Source: Clostridia bacterium (GTDB lineage: Bacteria; Bacillota; Clostridia; Oscillospirales; CAG-272). From it: a DNA stretch of 64,000 bases. Made by a program: the position numbers and the translations under genes. Shown here in pieces: positions 1 through 9,508 of the stretch. A model generated the notes under the pieces. It did no database searches. It was not told the DNA's origin and saw only the letters and a program-made list of their open reading frames with translations. The DNA is taken from assembly GCA_017456545.1 (NCBI GenBank), contig JAFTJE010000017.1, positions 6,981-70,980 on the forward strand, given 5' to 3'. Position 1 is the stretch's first letter; every line of letters starts with the position of its first letter.

Positions 1-3000
1 AAAATGCAGAGCTGCCAATATTCTCAACGCCGCTGTTAATAGTAATTTCCGTAACCTTGGTGCAGGATGCAAATGCACTGTCTCCTATGCTTGTTGCATC
101 GGTTACTGTAATTTTTTTCAGTGACACGGGTATCACACCGTTAAACATATTGGATACTGTGCTGTCGGTATTGATATCGGCTCCTATAAACGGTACCGTT
201 ATCTCATCCAAGGAATAGCATTGGTCAAAGATACCGTCGCCAATACGCAGAACTGTATTGGGAATTGTAAAGGAGTCAAGGGATGAGCAATTTGAGAATG
301 CCTTTGCTCTTATTTCCACAACGCTGGAGGGAATGTTTACATTAGTCAGCGATACGCAATCAGAGAATGCATTTTCGCCGATTACCTCTACTCCGTCATT
401 AAGCACAATGTTTGTTACGGAGGAGCATCCGGCAAAGGCTCCGTCACGGAGGGCTACGGTGCTTGTAAGAGTAATATTCTTAAGAGCATGTGCCCCACCG
501 ACTCCGAAAAGATGCTCGGCATTTGTATGATTGTCTACTGCTCCACCCATATACGGCAATGTGAGGTCTGTAAGTGATGTGCATCCGCTAAGAAGACCTG
601 CACCCATCCTCTGTACTGTGTCGGGTATAACAAGAGAGGTCACACCGGTACAGTTTGCAAAGGCTCCGTCACCGAGCTTTACTGTGGCTGAAGGGATGCT
701 TATAGCTGTAATTGACGCACAGCCGTTAAATGCGTCATCCTCTATTTCCTCAACTACAATCGGGATATTTATTTCAAGAAGCTCAGCACAGCCCTTGAAA
801 GCATCCTTCTTGATAATTTTAACCGTGCCGGGCACCGTTACTGATTTAAGACCGCTACAGCCGGAAAATACACCTGTCGGGACAGCCTCTATGCTGATGG
901 GAAGTGCTGCACTGTCAAGTGATATGCAATTTTCAAAAGCATACTCTCCCACAGAGCTACACATAGCAAGCCACTCTACAGAGGTAATGGAGGCACAACC
1001 GCTGAAGGCATAATCTCCTACCGTGGTAATACCGTCTGATAGGTTTATATTTTCAAGCTTTTCACATCCGTAGAATAAGTAAGGATTGATGTCGGTCACA
1101 GTATCCGGAAGTGTTACGGATACCAAGGAGCTGCAGCCATAGAATACACCGTCTCCCACTCCTTCGATGGTAGAGGGTAAATTTATGCTTACAAGGGATG
1201 CACAATTCTTGAAGGCATAGGCTCCGATAGCTGTGGCATTACCACTAACGCTTATATCGGTCAAGCCTGTAAAATCCGAGAATGTGTAAGGAAGAATATC
1301 ACCGTTTTGCGAAGATACCGTTATCTTCTTAAGAGACTCTGTAGCTCCACCGAAGAGCTCTGACAGGGTATAAGCATTATCCTTGTCCTCGCCGATATAG
1401 GGGAGGGAAAGAGTTGTTATTCCACTGCATCCGTGAAGTGCCGATGCAGAAATATACTCTATGGAATCGGGAATTGTAAGCTCCTTTACGGAACGGCAAT
1501 TACGGAATGCGTTTTTCTCTATTCTTTTAAGTCCGTCAGGAAGCTTTACCGTCGAGAGGGATATGCAATCATAAAATGTGCTGTCCGGTATGCTTGCCAC
1601 TCCAACAGGAACAGTAACAGACTTAATGGAACGGCATCCGTACAATGCACTGTTGCCAATAGTCTTCAAGGATGTGGGAAGAGTAAAATCGGTCAGTACC
1701 CCACAGTTAAGAAAGGCTGATGAGCCTATTGATACTACAGTATCGGGAATATCAACCTTACTGAGCCTTCTGCATTCTGCAAAGGCTTCATTACCGATAG
1801 CCGTAACAGATCCGCTTATGCTAACGCTTTCAAGATTACCACAGCCCTTAAAGGCACCGTTGGATATGTATGCGGCGTTAGTAAGCTTTATCTCCTCGAT
1901 AGAGCTGTAGCTGCTTGCCACAGAACCGTTTTCAAAGAAAAAGGAAATGGTCTTCTTATCCTGAATGTTGTTTCCTATAAAGGGAGCCTCAAGCTTTTTT
2001 ACGGATGTACAATTATAGAAGCAAGCATTACCTATGTTGGTTACACCCTTGGGTATAACTATGCTTTCCAGCGAGGAGCAACCATAAAATGCTCTGTCCT
2101 CTATTTGTACAACGGTATCGGGTATAGTAATGCTCTTTAAGGATTTACAGCCCTCGAAGGTGCTTTGACTAATCTTCTTTATTCCTTTTCCGAGAGCTAC
2201 AGACTTAAGGCTTGAGCAATTTGCAAAGGCTTTTTTCTCTATAACAGTTGCTTTTTTCAAGGAAACCTCATAAAGCATACCGTTATTCGCAAATGCCCCC
2301 TCTTCTATAACCGTATTGCCCTCGACAACTACTGTGAAAAGGCCTGCATCCTTAAACGCCTCCTTGGAAATACGGGCAACCTTATGTCCCTCTATCTCCT
2401 CGGGCACTATGATATTACCTGCACTGCCTTTATATCCGATAATACAGATAGGACCGTCTCTGTCATCGGTCTCAAAGGTATACTCAACTGAATCGAGAGT
2501 GAAAAATTCCTCTGTCTGTGTAAATCTCCATATCTGGAAAAATGAGAATGCAGCCACAATTAAAAGAACCACTGCCATGGAAATAAACAACGCACCCGGA
2601 GCCTTAAGAGTTCTTATACTCATTCTCCTGGTTTTGTTGCCCATCTGCCTGTATATGGATACCCTGTCCACAGGAGCAACACCGTTGCCCTTTCCGTAGG
2701 ATGCAATAAGGTCTCCCTTTCTTGACTGATATGTAAAGCATCCACAGGCTACAGAGGTAACCTCCACAGAGAAATCAATGCACGCATCACTTATTTTTAT
2801 TTTGTTCTCAAGGGTAAACACAGCACCTGCCTTTACAGAGAGTCCCTCCTGTATAATCTGCCGTGTCTCTATTACATTTCCCTTTACATCATATTGCTTG
2901 AGTACAAAGGAGAGGGTGTTAAGCATTTCCTTCCTGTCATTCTTCATTCTGAGAAGCAGGTATTTCTCTCCGTTATCTTTTATTATGATAAATTGCTTTA

Positions 3001-3067
3001 CCGAGGCAAGCTCAGGATGCTGAACGCCCGTATATAAGCCCTTCGAAATAATATTTTCTTTTCCCAT
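1..3067 (-). CDS. BspA-type leucine-rich-repeat (LRR_5-like) membrane-anchored surface protein, partial (C-terminus runs off the window start)
   Basis: Absent from the ORF track because it has no stop in the window. My minus-strand translation from ATG (complement of 3065-3067) stays open to position 2 (1022 codons): MGKENIISKGLYTGVQHPELASVKQFIIIKDNGEKYLLL... It has one hydrophobic span (ALFISMAVVLLIVAAFSFF, near aa 150). Roughly 30 tandem ~23-aa units of form IP..V..I...AF..C..L follow (e.g. SITIPDTVVQIEDRAFYGCSSLESIVIPKGVTNIGNACFYNCTSV). The frame was checked at both ends (last codons read ...CTKVTEITINSGVENIGSSAF). Confidence 0.85.
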   Translation of the reverse strand, partial: MGKENIISKGLYTGVQHPELASVKQFIIIKDNGEKYLLLRMKNDRKEMLNTLSFVLKQYDVKGNVIETRQIIQEGLSVKAGAVFTLENKIKISDACIDFSVEVTSVACGCFTYQSRKGDLIASYGKGNGVAPVDRVSIYRQMGNKTRRMSIRTLKAPGALFISMAVVLLIVAAFSFFQIWRFTQTEEFFTLDSVEYTFETDDRDGPICIIGYKGSAGNIIVPEEIEGHKVARISKEAFKDAGLFTVVVEGNTVIEEGAFANNGMLYEVSLKKATVIEKKAFANCSSLKSVALGKGIKKISQSTFEGCKSLKSITIPDTVVQIEDRAFYGCSSLESIVIPKGVTNIGNACFYNCTSVKKLEAPFIGNNIQDKKTISFFFENGSVASSYSSIEEIKLTNAAYISNGAFKGCGNLESVSISGSVTAIGNEAFAECRRLSKVDIPDTVVSIGSSAFLNCGVLTDFTLPTSLKTIGNSALYGCRSIKSVTVPVGVASIPDSTFYDCISLSTVKLPDGLKRIEKNAFRNCRSVKELTIPDSIEYISASALHGCSGITTLSLPYIGEDKDNAYTLSELFGGATESLKKITVSSQNGDILPYTFSDFTGLTDISVSGNATAIGAYAFKNCASLVSINLPSTIEGVGDGVFYGCSSLVSVTLPDTVTDINPYLFYGCEKLENINLSDGITTVGDYAFSGCASITSVEWLAMCSSVGEYAFENCISLDSAALPISIEAVPTGVFSGCSGLKSVTVPGTVKIIKKDAFKGCAELLEINIPIVVEEIEDDAFNGCASITAISIPSATVKLGDGAFANCTGVTSLVIPDTVQRMGAGLLSGCTSLTDLTLPYMGGAVDNHTNAEHLFGVGGAHALKNITLTSTVALRDGAFAGCSSVTNIVLNDGVEVIGENAFSDCVSLTNVNIPSSVVEIRAKAFSNCSSLDSFTIPNTVLRIGDGIFDQCYSLDEITVPFIGADINTDSTVSNMFNGVIPVSLKKITVTDATSIGDSAFASCTKVTEITINSGVENIGSSAF

Positions 3068-3071
3068 GATC

Positions 3072-3755
3072 TCACTTTTTCCTATTCAAAACTGTTAAGA
3101 TGATTGATAGTACGGTTGTTCCGATAATTCCTGCTCCGAGGGCGACAAAAAGGACAAGCAAATTTTCCTCCGTAGCCATCAGATAGCTTTCCTTGAAAAG
3201 CCCACCGAATATCTTGGAGAAGCACAGATTAATTACGAGTGCCTCTATTACTGTAAGGGGTATCATTGCAAAGCCATACAGAAATATTTTCAAGGGCGAC
3301 ACCCTTGCACAAGATGTCTTATTGAATTTTCTGTTATCCACTCTATTGAGCACCAGGGTGACATATGATGTCTCTTCCGGAAGCTCAATAATATCTGTAT
3401 ATCCTCTCTGTCTGATAAGCTCATTTACGGAAAGAACCTTAAATACCTTGTTGGAGGCGTTAAACAGCACTACATCGTATTCAAGATATGATACCTTATC
3501 CCCAACCTTGCACTTAAGCAGCTTTCTGCCTCTGTCTGTGGTAATAACATATTGCTTTATGTATCTTCTGACCATAAGATTGGGCTCATATACAATGCCC
3601 TGTCCGTTAGCAGACAGCCTGTATCTCTTTAAGCCACGGTCCATTGTAGAGCCAAGCGTGTATCTACTCTGTAAAAGCAGCCTGGGGAGCAGCAGCATTG
3701 CTATAAGCAAAAAGACCGCCGCACTGACTATCAACAGTATAATCCAAAGTATCAT
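3072..3755 (-). CDS. Integral membrane protein of unknown function, probably co-transcribed with the LRR gene
   Basis: 227-aa ORF. It has an N-terminal hydrophobic span (ILWIILLIVSAAVFLLIAMLLL) followed by basic residues, a soluble middle of ~150 aa and two C-terminal hydrophobic spans. Its stop is 4 nt before the LRR gene start. The motif IKQYVITTDRGRKLL resembles VKQFIIIKDNGEKYLL at the LRR protein N-terminus. Confidence 0.6.
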   Translation of the reverse strand: MILWIILLIVSAAVFLLIAMLLLPRLLLQSRYTLGSTMDRGLKRYRLSANGQGIVYEPNLMVRRYIKQYVITTDRGRKLLKCKVGDKVSYLEYDVVLFNASNKVFKVLSVNELIRQRGYTDIIELPEETSYVTLVLNRVDNRKFNKTSCARVSPLKIFLYGFAMIPLTVIEALVINLCFSKIFGGLFKESYLMATEENLLVLFVALGAGIIGTTVLSIILTVLNRKK

Positions 3756-3873
3756 TATGCAAATCCTCCAAAAAAAGGTGTTAAAACATTATATAAGTAT
3801 ATAATATTATACAACTGCTAAGTATACTATGTCAATACCTACGGTAAAAAATATGAAATAGCTTCATATGAGG

Positions 3874-3902
3874 TTGACTGTACACCTTGCTTGTGTTAAA
3901 AT
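3874..3902 (+). promoter_or_regulatory. Candidate sigma-A promoter for the MBL hydrolase gene
   Basis: TTGACT (3874-3879), 17-nt spacer, TAAAAT (3897-3902) preceded by TGt (extended -10). It leaves a very short leader before the RBS, so confidence is moderate. Confidence 0.4.
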
Positions 3903-3920
3903 GTAAAAAGAGGTGATGTT

Positions 3921-4538
3921 ATGATTAAGCTTATAAGCAAAGGTCTTCTTGACTCCAACACATATGTGGTATACAACAGCTCAAAAAAAGCTATGGTAGT
4001 GGACTGTGGCTCCCCTGTTGCAGAGGTAAAGAAATTTATCGAATCGGAAAATATGACAGTAGTCTATATTGTGCTTACCCACGGACACTTTGACCATGCA
4101 CACTACATTGATGAATATGCAGGTGCCTTTCCTGATGCGGAAATCATATGTCACAGTGACGAATTAAAGGTGCTTTACGACCCGGACGCCAATCTCTCTG
4201 CCTTTATATCACAGGGAAGATGCTATGACCATCCCTACAAAGCAGTCGTGGATGGGGATATTCTCACTCTCGATTCTCAGGATGAGGATGATGTAATTTC
4301 ATTAAAAATCATCCACTCCCCCGGACATACTCCCGGTTCAATATGCCTTTTGAGTGAAAAAATGGGGGTTATGCTGACGGGAGATGTGCTCTTTGCCAAT
4401 GGCTACGGTCGGGTGGATTTCAAATACGGAAGCATGGCAGATATGAGAAGGTCCCTGAAGGCTATTTTGTCTCTTGACGGAAGCATAATATTTTATCCGG
4501 GACACGGTGAGTCATCAAAAATAAAAGACGAAAGATAA
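3921..4538 (+). CDS. MBL-fold metallo-hydrolase (glyoxalase II-like)
   Basis: 205 aa with the HxHxDH zinc motif (LTHGHFDH), later HSPGHTPGS and a C-terminal PGHG. RBS AGAGGTG lies upstream. Confidence 0.9.
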   Translation: MIKLISKGLLDSNTYVVYNSSKKAMVVDCGSPVAEVKKFIESENMTVVYIVLTHGHFDHAHYIDEYAGAFPDAEIICHSDELKVLYDPDANLSAFISQGRCYDHPYKAVVDGDILTLDSQDEDDVISLKIIHSPGHTPGSICLLSEKMGVMLTGDVLFANGYGRVDFKYGSMADMRRSLKAILSLDGSIIFYPGHGESSKIKDER

Positions 4539-4552
4539 AATGTAATAAAAAA

Positions 4553-4592
4553 ACAGTACCGTACACAAAAACCGTGTACGGTACTGTTTTTT
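4553..4592. terminator. Bidirectional intrinsic terminator between convergent genes
   Basis: Perfect 14-bp inverted repeat ACAGTACCGTACAC / GTGTACGGTACTGT with a 7-nt loop, an A-run upstream and a T-run downstream. It sits between the stops at 4538 (+) and 4591 (-). Confidence 0.85.
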
Positions 4593-7500
4593 ATTGAACT
4601 ATAAACATATACTCACATAAATTTCCGTTTACCGAGGCGATTATCTTATATGTGCCCACACTTAAGGGAGCATCTAAAAGATTTACTATTACTACCCCAC
4701 TTGTATCCTCATAGGTAATATTGTTTGGAGTTATATCGGTATAAATATCAAATCCTCCGTTTGCATTCTTTTTGTAAATGCCTCCGGAAACTGTATCGAT
4801 TGTACCGGTCATATGAGTATTAAAGACTACTCTCTGTGCTCCTTCCTCCAGGATACGGTCATCCATTGTTATGTAAACCTTAGAGCTGCTTGTATAACTC
4901 AGAATAATTGTAAAACTATTTTCCGAGCTTCTTCCGGAGAGTGAATACATACTCTCCTCGTTAGTACATATTCTTATATCGGCAGAAACGGAATAAACCT
5001 CTCCGTTGTTAAGATTTTCTATAATCAATGTATACTCTCTTCCGTTCATATTAGCCGGACCAAGAGAGAAGGTATACAAGCCCTCAACACATCTGGGATA
5101 CAATATTATTCCGTCGGAGGTTTTAAGATATATAGAGGAGCCGTCGGGCAGCATCGGTATTCTGACGGACAGAATATTATCATATCCGGAAATCGAGCTG
5201 GCACCGTTTGAAGTGATTTTTATCGGAATTTCAGCCACTCCCACCACATTTTTGTCTGTAGGTGTTTCAGTAAAGCCTGCTTCAATTGCCGAAATAGGCT
5301 CAACGGTTACAGTCTCCATATCCCCGAAGCTTACTATCATTCTTTCAAATTCACCACCCTCGGCAGATTCAACACAGAACTGATATTTAATATGAGCATT
5401 AGGGCTTACTGTAATACTGTCATCAGCCATAAGCTTGAAGCAGTCAAGCGTAATATATGTTTTACCGTCAATTATGTCGCTTTCCTGCACGGAGTATGCG
5501 TAATACATAGCTCTTGTGCTTGAAAAGTCCACAAGTGTAATCTTTGTTCCCACATCGAGAGCAACGGAGAATTCCAATTTCATTCCCACTGTGTAGCTTG
5601 CCTCATAATAAATGGAGAACGCCTTATTTGCCGGCATTTTTATAACCTTATCAGCACCGGAAACAACGGTAAAGCTCTTTTCGGGGGAAGTAAATACATT
5701 GGTTTCAAATACATTGAATCTTATAAGGTAATCGGTTTCAATATAATCGTAGTTACCCTCGGGGGATGCCTCTACATAAGCCTTTACATAGTATGTATTA
5801 ACGCTTAAGCCTATGACATCCTTGCTGACCTCTGAATCCAAATCACCTGTGGGTGATGTGTAATACTTATATTTTACCGTTCCCCACTTTGCATTAACAA
5901 CAGGGTTTACACCCTCGTTAAGGGTTGAGTTTACAACTATATCGTTACAGGAAAGCCTTTGTCCCTGCCACTCATTCTCACCCTTTGTAACAGTTAGAGC
6001 TCTGCTTCCCTTAACGGGAATATAATTCTGGTCGGCATATTCTGCATTCGCCGTGATATAGAAGTACACTGTATCACTACCCACATTTATTCTTGTAATA
6101 TGAGTATTCTTAAATACTCCCGCACCCGAAAGATAAGCTTCGTCAGGGTTATCAGGGAATTCTGTCAAGCTGTAATAAACATCAAATTTAGATGTTTGCA
6201 CCTGCATACCGATATGGTGTTCCTCATTATTATATACCTTACTTGTATCCTGCGCATCATAGGAAATCTCTCCTATTGTGGATGCAAATATTCTCATATT
6301 ACCCTTTTGGAACGCAGAGCCCTTGATTGTAAGAGTCTTGGTTTCCGCATCAAACATATAGTCAGTATCAAGAGAAAGTATTGTTCCGTCAACCAGCTCT
6401 ACAGTCGGGGTAACAAGTACACGGTCCGAGGCCGTTGTACCCAAAACTATAACAAGGTCACCGTTCTTTACCGTAATGCTCTGCTCTGTAACTGTGGCAG
6501 TATATATTTTTATTATACCTCTTGCAGAAAAGTTCTCTTTATTTCCTTCATTCATATCACTTACAGCATATAAAACACCGTTGGATACATAGCCTATAAG
6601 CTCAAATGAGAATTCTCCATCATTAAGTGTAGCTGTAAAATCAGCATTGGTTCCCGTATATTCATATGTACCTACGCTGATATTAGATACTCCGTTATTA
6701 TCGTTAAACGCCTCATTAAGGTGAAGATGTCCATCACCGTCTTTAAGAACAAGTGTACCTGTACCCGAGATAGCGGGAGAGCCCTCGGGCGAGTCTATTT
6801 TAATGGATGAGCCGTCTGTTGAATTTAACTTCAGTGTGGCTCCCTCATCTATAAAGATAGCTGATGAGCCGGGCTTAGTGGATGAAACAGAGTTATCTGC
6901 TTCACTGTAAAACAAGTTCAAGGTACCCGAGCTTACATTTATTGCAGAATAATCGGAGGATACACTTACTGTATCAAGATGTACCTCTATCTCCTTATCC
7001 TCACAATCTATATTTAACTTACTTGAGCACGGTAAACCACCTGTGGTAAGATAGAGTGCACCGTCGTAGCCAGTAATGGTATAGCCGTTTTGCTCTATTA
7101 TTACACCGCCCTTGGGGTCGGATGTAACTGTTACATCACCGTTATACCAGTCTATAACAAAGAATTTCCCTTCTGCAGTAATGACTTCAAACAATATTGT
7201 AATATCATTGTCTACCGTAAAGGTTTTTGTATATTTTCCGGCAATGCCCGCTACAGGATCGAGCTCTGCACTCTTCTGAAATGTCTTATTACCATTAGCA
7301 TCTATTACAGACACATATGGCTGAACTGTATAATAATTTCCAAGCTCATCCTGCTTTGATTGCAGATAATAGGTGAATTGATCGTTCTGAGAGCAGAATA
7401 CAACACCTGTATACGGTTTTGAATCTGCTTCAAAAAGGTCATAATATTGAGACATTACAAGGGTTACCATATAACGCCTGTAACCGTTGTCAAGGCGTAA

Positions 7501-9504
7501 TACACCCATATTTTTAGAGTTAATTTCTCCGTCATTTTCATCAATGGGGAGTATTTCGGTTGTAGTTGAATCTCCCGAATCAATAACTGCACTCTTTACA
7601 GCCTCATCTGCAGGGAGCCACAGATATACTCTACCGTTATCATCTGTGTAAACATAATCAAGACAGTACTCATAGGTTCCCTTCTTGAACTCCACAGATT
7701 CTACGGCTTTATGCTGAAAGGCATTGTTATTCATATCAGCCGTACCTACGGTAGTAAGATATACGGGGACTTCTCCGTTAGTCGGAATGATAGAAAGCTG
7801 AGAGCTGAGGCTACCACCGGTTATTTTCACAGAGCCACGGGCATATCCCATTGTTTCGGAATAGCCTCCTCCTATGCTGTCTGCAACAATAGTACCGCCG
7901 TTTACGGTAATATCTGCATAGCCACCTTCCTTTTTGGAGCTTCCACCACCACCAATTCCATTGGCAGTTACAATTCCACCGTTTATGGTTACAGTACCCT
8001 TACCACCCTTTTGGTTAGTACTTGTACCTCCACCTATACCTGTACCGGCAGGAATGGTTTTGTCTATTGCTTGGTTTTTTGCGTCGGTTGCCTTAATATG
8101 GATGCTTGCACTGATGGAATATACTGTTCCTCCGTTAATGGTTACTGTAGCCTCTCCACCAACATGATTTATATTAGATGCACTACCTACGGTATTTCCT
8201 CCACCGATTCCGCTTCCACCCGCACTGTATGCATAGACATAGGTCTCATCTCCATCGATGGTCACTGTTCCACTGGAGCCATACTGCAGTGCAGAGCCTC
8301 CTCCACCGATAGCAGTACCAGGAACAAAGACTCCGTATGAGCCTGTATCTTTTTTTAAGCTATCCTGACCCGTGACTGATAAATTTTCAGCAAAGGGCTG
8401 TCCGAAATTATAGGCATATACCTGTGCTCCGTTGCTGATATTTACTGTTCCGGGACCTCCATAGGAGGTATGGGCAATACCACCACCTATAGCAGTTCCC
8501 GTTGTGGACGCTACAGCAGTTACAATACCACCGCTTATATTTACAACAGCTGTTCCGTTTCCTCCACCACCGATAGCAGTACAATTCTCATATTTCGTTG
8601 CACCTGCATATACTGTTCCACCCTTGATATTGAGACCACGAACATTGTTACTGCTATCGCTTCCCCCTATAACAGAGTCCCAGTGGTTGGAGCACACGCC
8701 ACCATTTACATATTTTTCGCCATCCCAGAATCTATAGCTACTATTTGACCTATTTCCACTTTGGTTGCCTATAACAACAAGACTTCCTTTTGTTGTGCCA
8801 ATCTCTGCACTGTCTATATTAAGCTGACTCGTTGTAGCTGAGCCTGTCGAATAACGAAGTGCACATAAACGGTTATCTCCCTTAAGATACAAATTAATGA
8901 TTGTGTTAGATGTTGACGCATTTGTAATGCTTATACCACCGTTTGTCATTTGGTTAAGTCCGGTTCCGTAATATGTAGTCCATATATTCTCAATGGTTAT
9001 ATTACGGGTAACACCGGATGCCGAGATCAGCACCTTATTGGTTGTCGATTTTCTTCCTGCCAAATCAGCAGCAGTATACCAATCGTCAATAACCCGGTTT
9101 ACATCGGTCTTATTATTAAAAACCAATGCATCGTCAATATCTGCATATGTGGGAAGTGTAACGCTTAATCCGTCATCGGATACCGTTGCCTTATTTGTTT
9201 CGGTGCTCTGGAATATATAGTAGCTGTTTCCGTCCTTATGCGTTCCGGAAATGCTGGTTGAATATTCCCATTTTCCCTCTGTTTCGTTAAATATATATCC
9301 TGCACCTGTGTAGGTGGTACTGCCAATTTCTATATTTTTGACATACAAATCGAATATGATAGTTTTTTGATCCGTTATTACCGTTGCCTCCGGTGTTTCT
9401 GCCTCTACAGGCGAGAATATCCATACAGCCAACAAAATGCACAGCATAAAGGCTACGGCAAGGGATACTTTTATTATTTTGTTTTTCGTCATAATTCCTT
9501 TCAT
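4591..9504 (-). CDS. Giant secreted surface protein (1637 aa): Gly-rich beta-helix-like module plus multiple Ig-like-looking segments; candidate fibre tip adhesin
   Basis: Sec-type signal (KNKIIKVSLAVAFMLCILLAVWIFSPVEA/ET). Residues ~278-565 (nt ~7810-8673) hold seven [AGS]IGGG boxes, each paired with a G(T/I)V(T/N)I.GG.V rung, e.g. GTVTINGGIVTANGIGGGG. There is no LPXTG or C-terminal TM, and it ends ...EYMFIVQ. ATG at 9492 (M5) has a better RBS (GAAAGGAA) than 9504. It is the last gene of the SipW locus, 4 nt after the preceding stop. Confidence 0.85.
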   Translation of the reverse strand: MKGIMTKNKIIKVSLAVAFMLCILLAVWIFSPVEAETPEATVITDQKTIIFDLYVKNIEIGSTTYTGAGYIFNETEGKWEYSTSISGTHKDGNSYYIFQSTETNKATVSDDGLSVTLPTYADIDDALVFNNKTDVNRVIDDWYTAADLAGRKSTTNKVLISASGVTRNITIENIWTTYYGTGLNQMTNGGISITNASTSNTIINLYLKGDNRLCALRYSTGSATTSQLNIDSAEIGTTKGSLVVIGNQSGNRSNSSYRFWDGEKYVNGGVCSNHWDSVIGGSDSSNNVRGLNIKGGTVYAGATKYENCTAIGGGGNGTAVVNISGGIVTAVASTTGTAIGGGIAHTSYGGPGTVNISNGAQVYAYNFGQPFAENLSVTGQDSLKKDTGSYGVFVPGTAIGGGGSALQYGSSGTVTIDGDETYVYAYSAGGSGIGGGNTVGSASNINHVGGEATVTINGGTVYSISASIHIKATDAKNQAIDKTIPAGTGIGGGTSTNQKGGKGTVTINGGIVTANGIGGGGSSKKEGGYADITVNGGTIVADSIGGGYSETMGYARGSVKITGGSLSSQLSIIPTNGEVPVYLTTVGTADMNNNAFQHKAVESVEFKKGTYEYCLDYVYTDDNGRVYLWLPADEAVKSAVIDSGDSTTTEILPIDENDGEINSKNMGVLRLDNGYRRYMVTLVMSQYYDLFEADSKPYTGVVFCSQNDQFTYYLQSKQDELGNYYTVQPYVSVIDANGNKTFQKSAELDPVAGIAGKYTKTFTVDNDITILFEVITAEGKFFVIDWYNGDVTVTSDPKGGVIIEQNGYTITGYDGALYLTTGGLPCSSKLNIDCEDKEIEVHLDTVSVSSDYSAINVSSGTLNLFYSEADNSVSSTKPGSSAIFIDEGATLKLNSTDGSSIKIDSPEGSPAISGTGTLVLKDGDGHLHLNEAFNDNNGVSNISVGTYEYTGTNADFTATLNDGEFSFELIGYVSNGVLYAVSDMNEGNKENFSARGIIKIYTATVTEQSITVKNGDLVIVLGTTASDRVLVTPTVELVDGTILSLDTDYMFDAETKTLTIKGSAFQKGNMRIFASTIGEISYDAQDTSKVYNNEEHHIGMQVQTSKFDVYYSLTEFPDNPDEAYLSGAGVFKNTHITRINVGSDTVYFYITANAEYADQNYIPVKGSRALTVTKGENEWQGQRLSCNDIVVNSTLNEGVNPVVNAKWGTVKYKYYTSPTGDLDSEVSKDVIGLSVNTYYVKAYVEASPEGNYDYIETDYLIRFNVFETNVFTSPEKSFTVVSGADKVIKMPANKAFSIYYEASYTVGMKLEFSVALDVGTKITLVDFSSTRAMYYAYSVQESDIIDGKTYITLDCFKLMADDSITVSPNAHIKYQFCVESAEGGEFERMIVSFGDMETVTVEPISAIEAGFTETPTDKNVVGVAEIPIKITSNGASSISGYDNILSVRIPMLPDGSSIYLKTSDGIILYPRCVEGLYTFSLGPANMNGREYTLIIENLNNGEVYSVSADIRICTNEESMYSLSGRSSENSFTIILSYTSSSKVYITMDDRILEEGAQRVVFNTHMTGTIDTVSGGIYKKNANGGFDIYTDITPNNITYEDTSGVVIVNLLDAPLSVGTYKIIASVNGNLCEYMFIVQ

Positions 9505-9508
9505 AAGC

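Noticed and set aside
258-3023. Six + strand ORFs (81-160 aa) from the ORF track
   Set aside because: They lie antisense to a continuous 1022-codon LRR reading frame. Their low-complexity Ser/Pro/Thr-rich translations are the mirror of LRR codons. None has an RBS.
7711-8748. + strand ORFs with Pro-rich or Cys/Thr-rich products (e.g. 7934-8167, 8504-8737)
   Set aside because: They are the antisense image of the GGT/GGA-rich IGGG region of the 1637-aa gene (Gly codons read as Pro/Thr/Ser), not independent genes.
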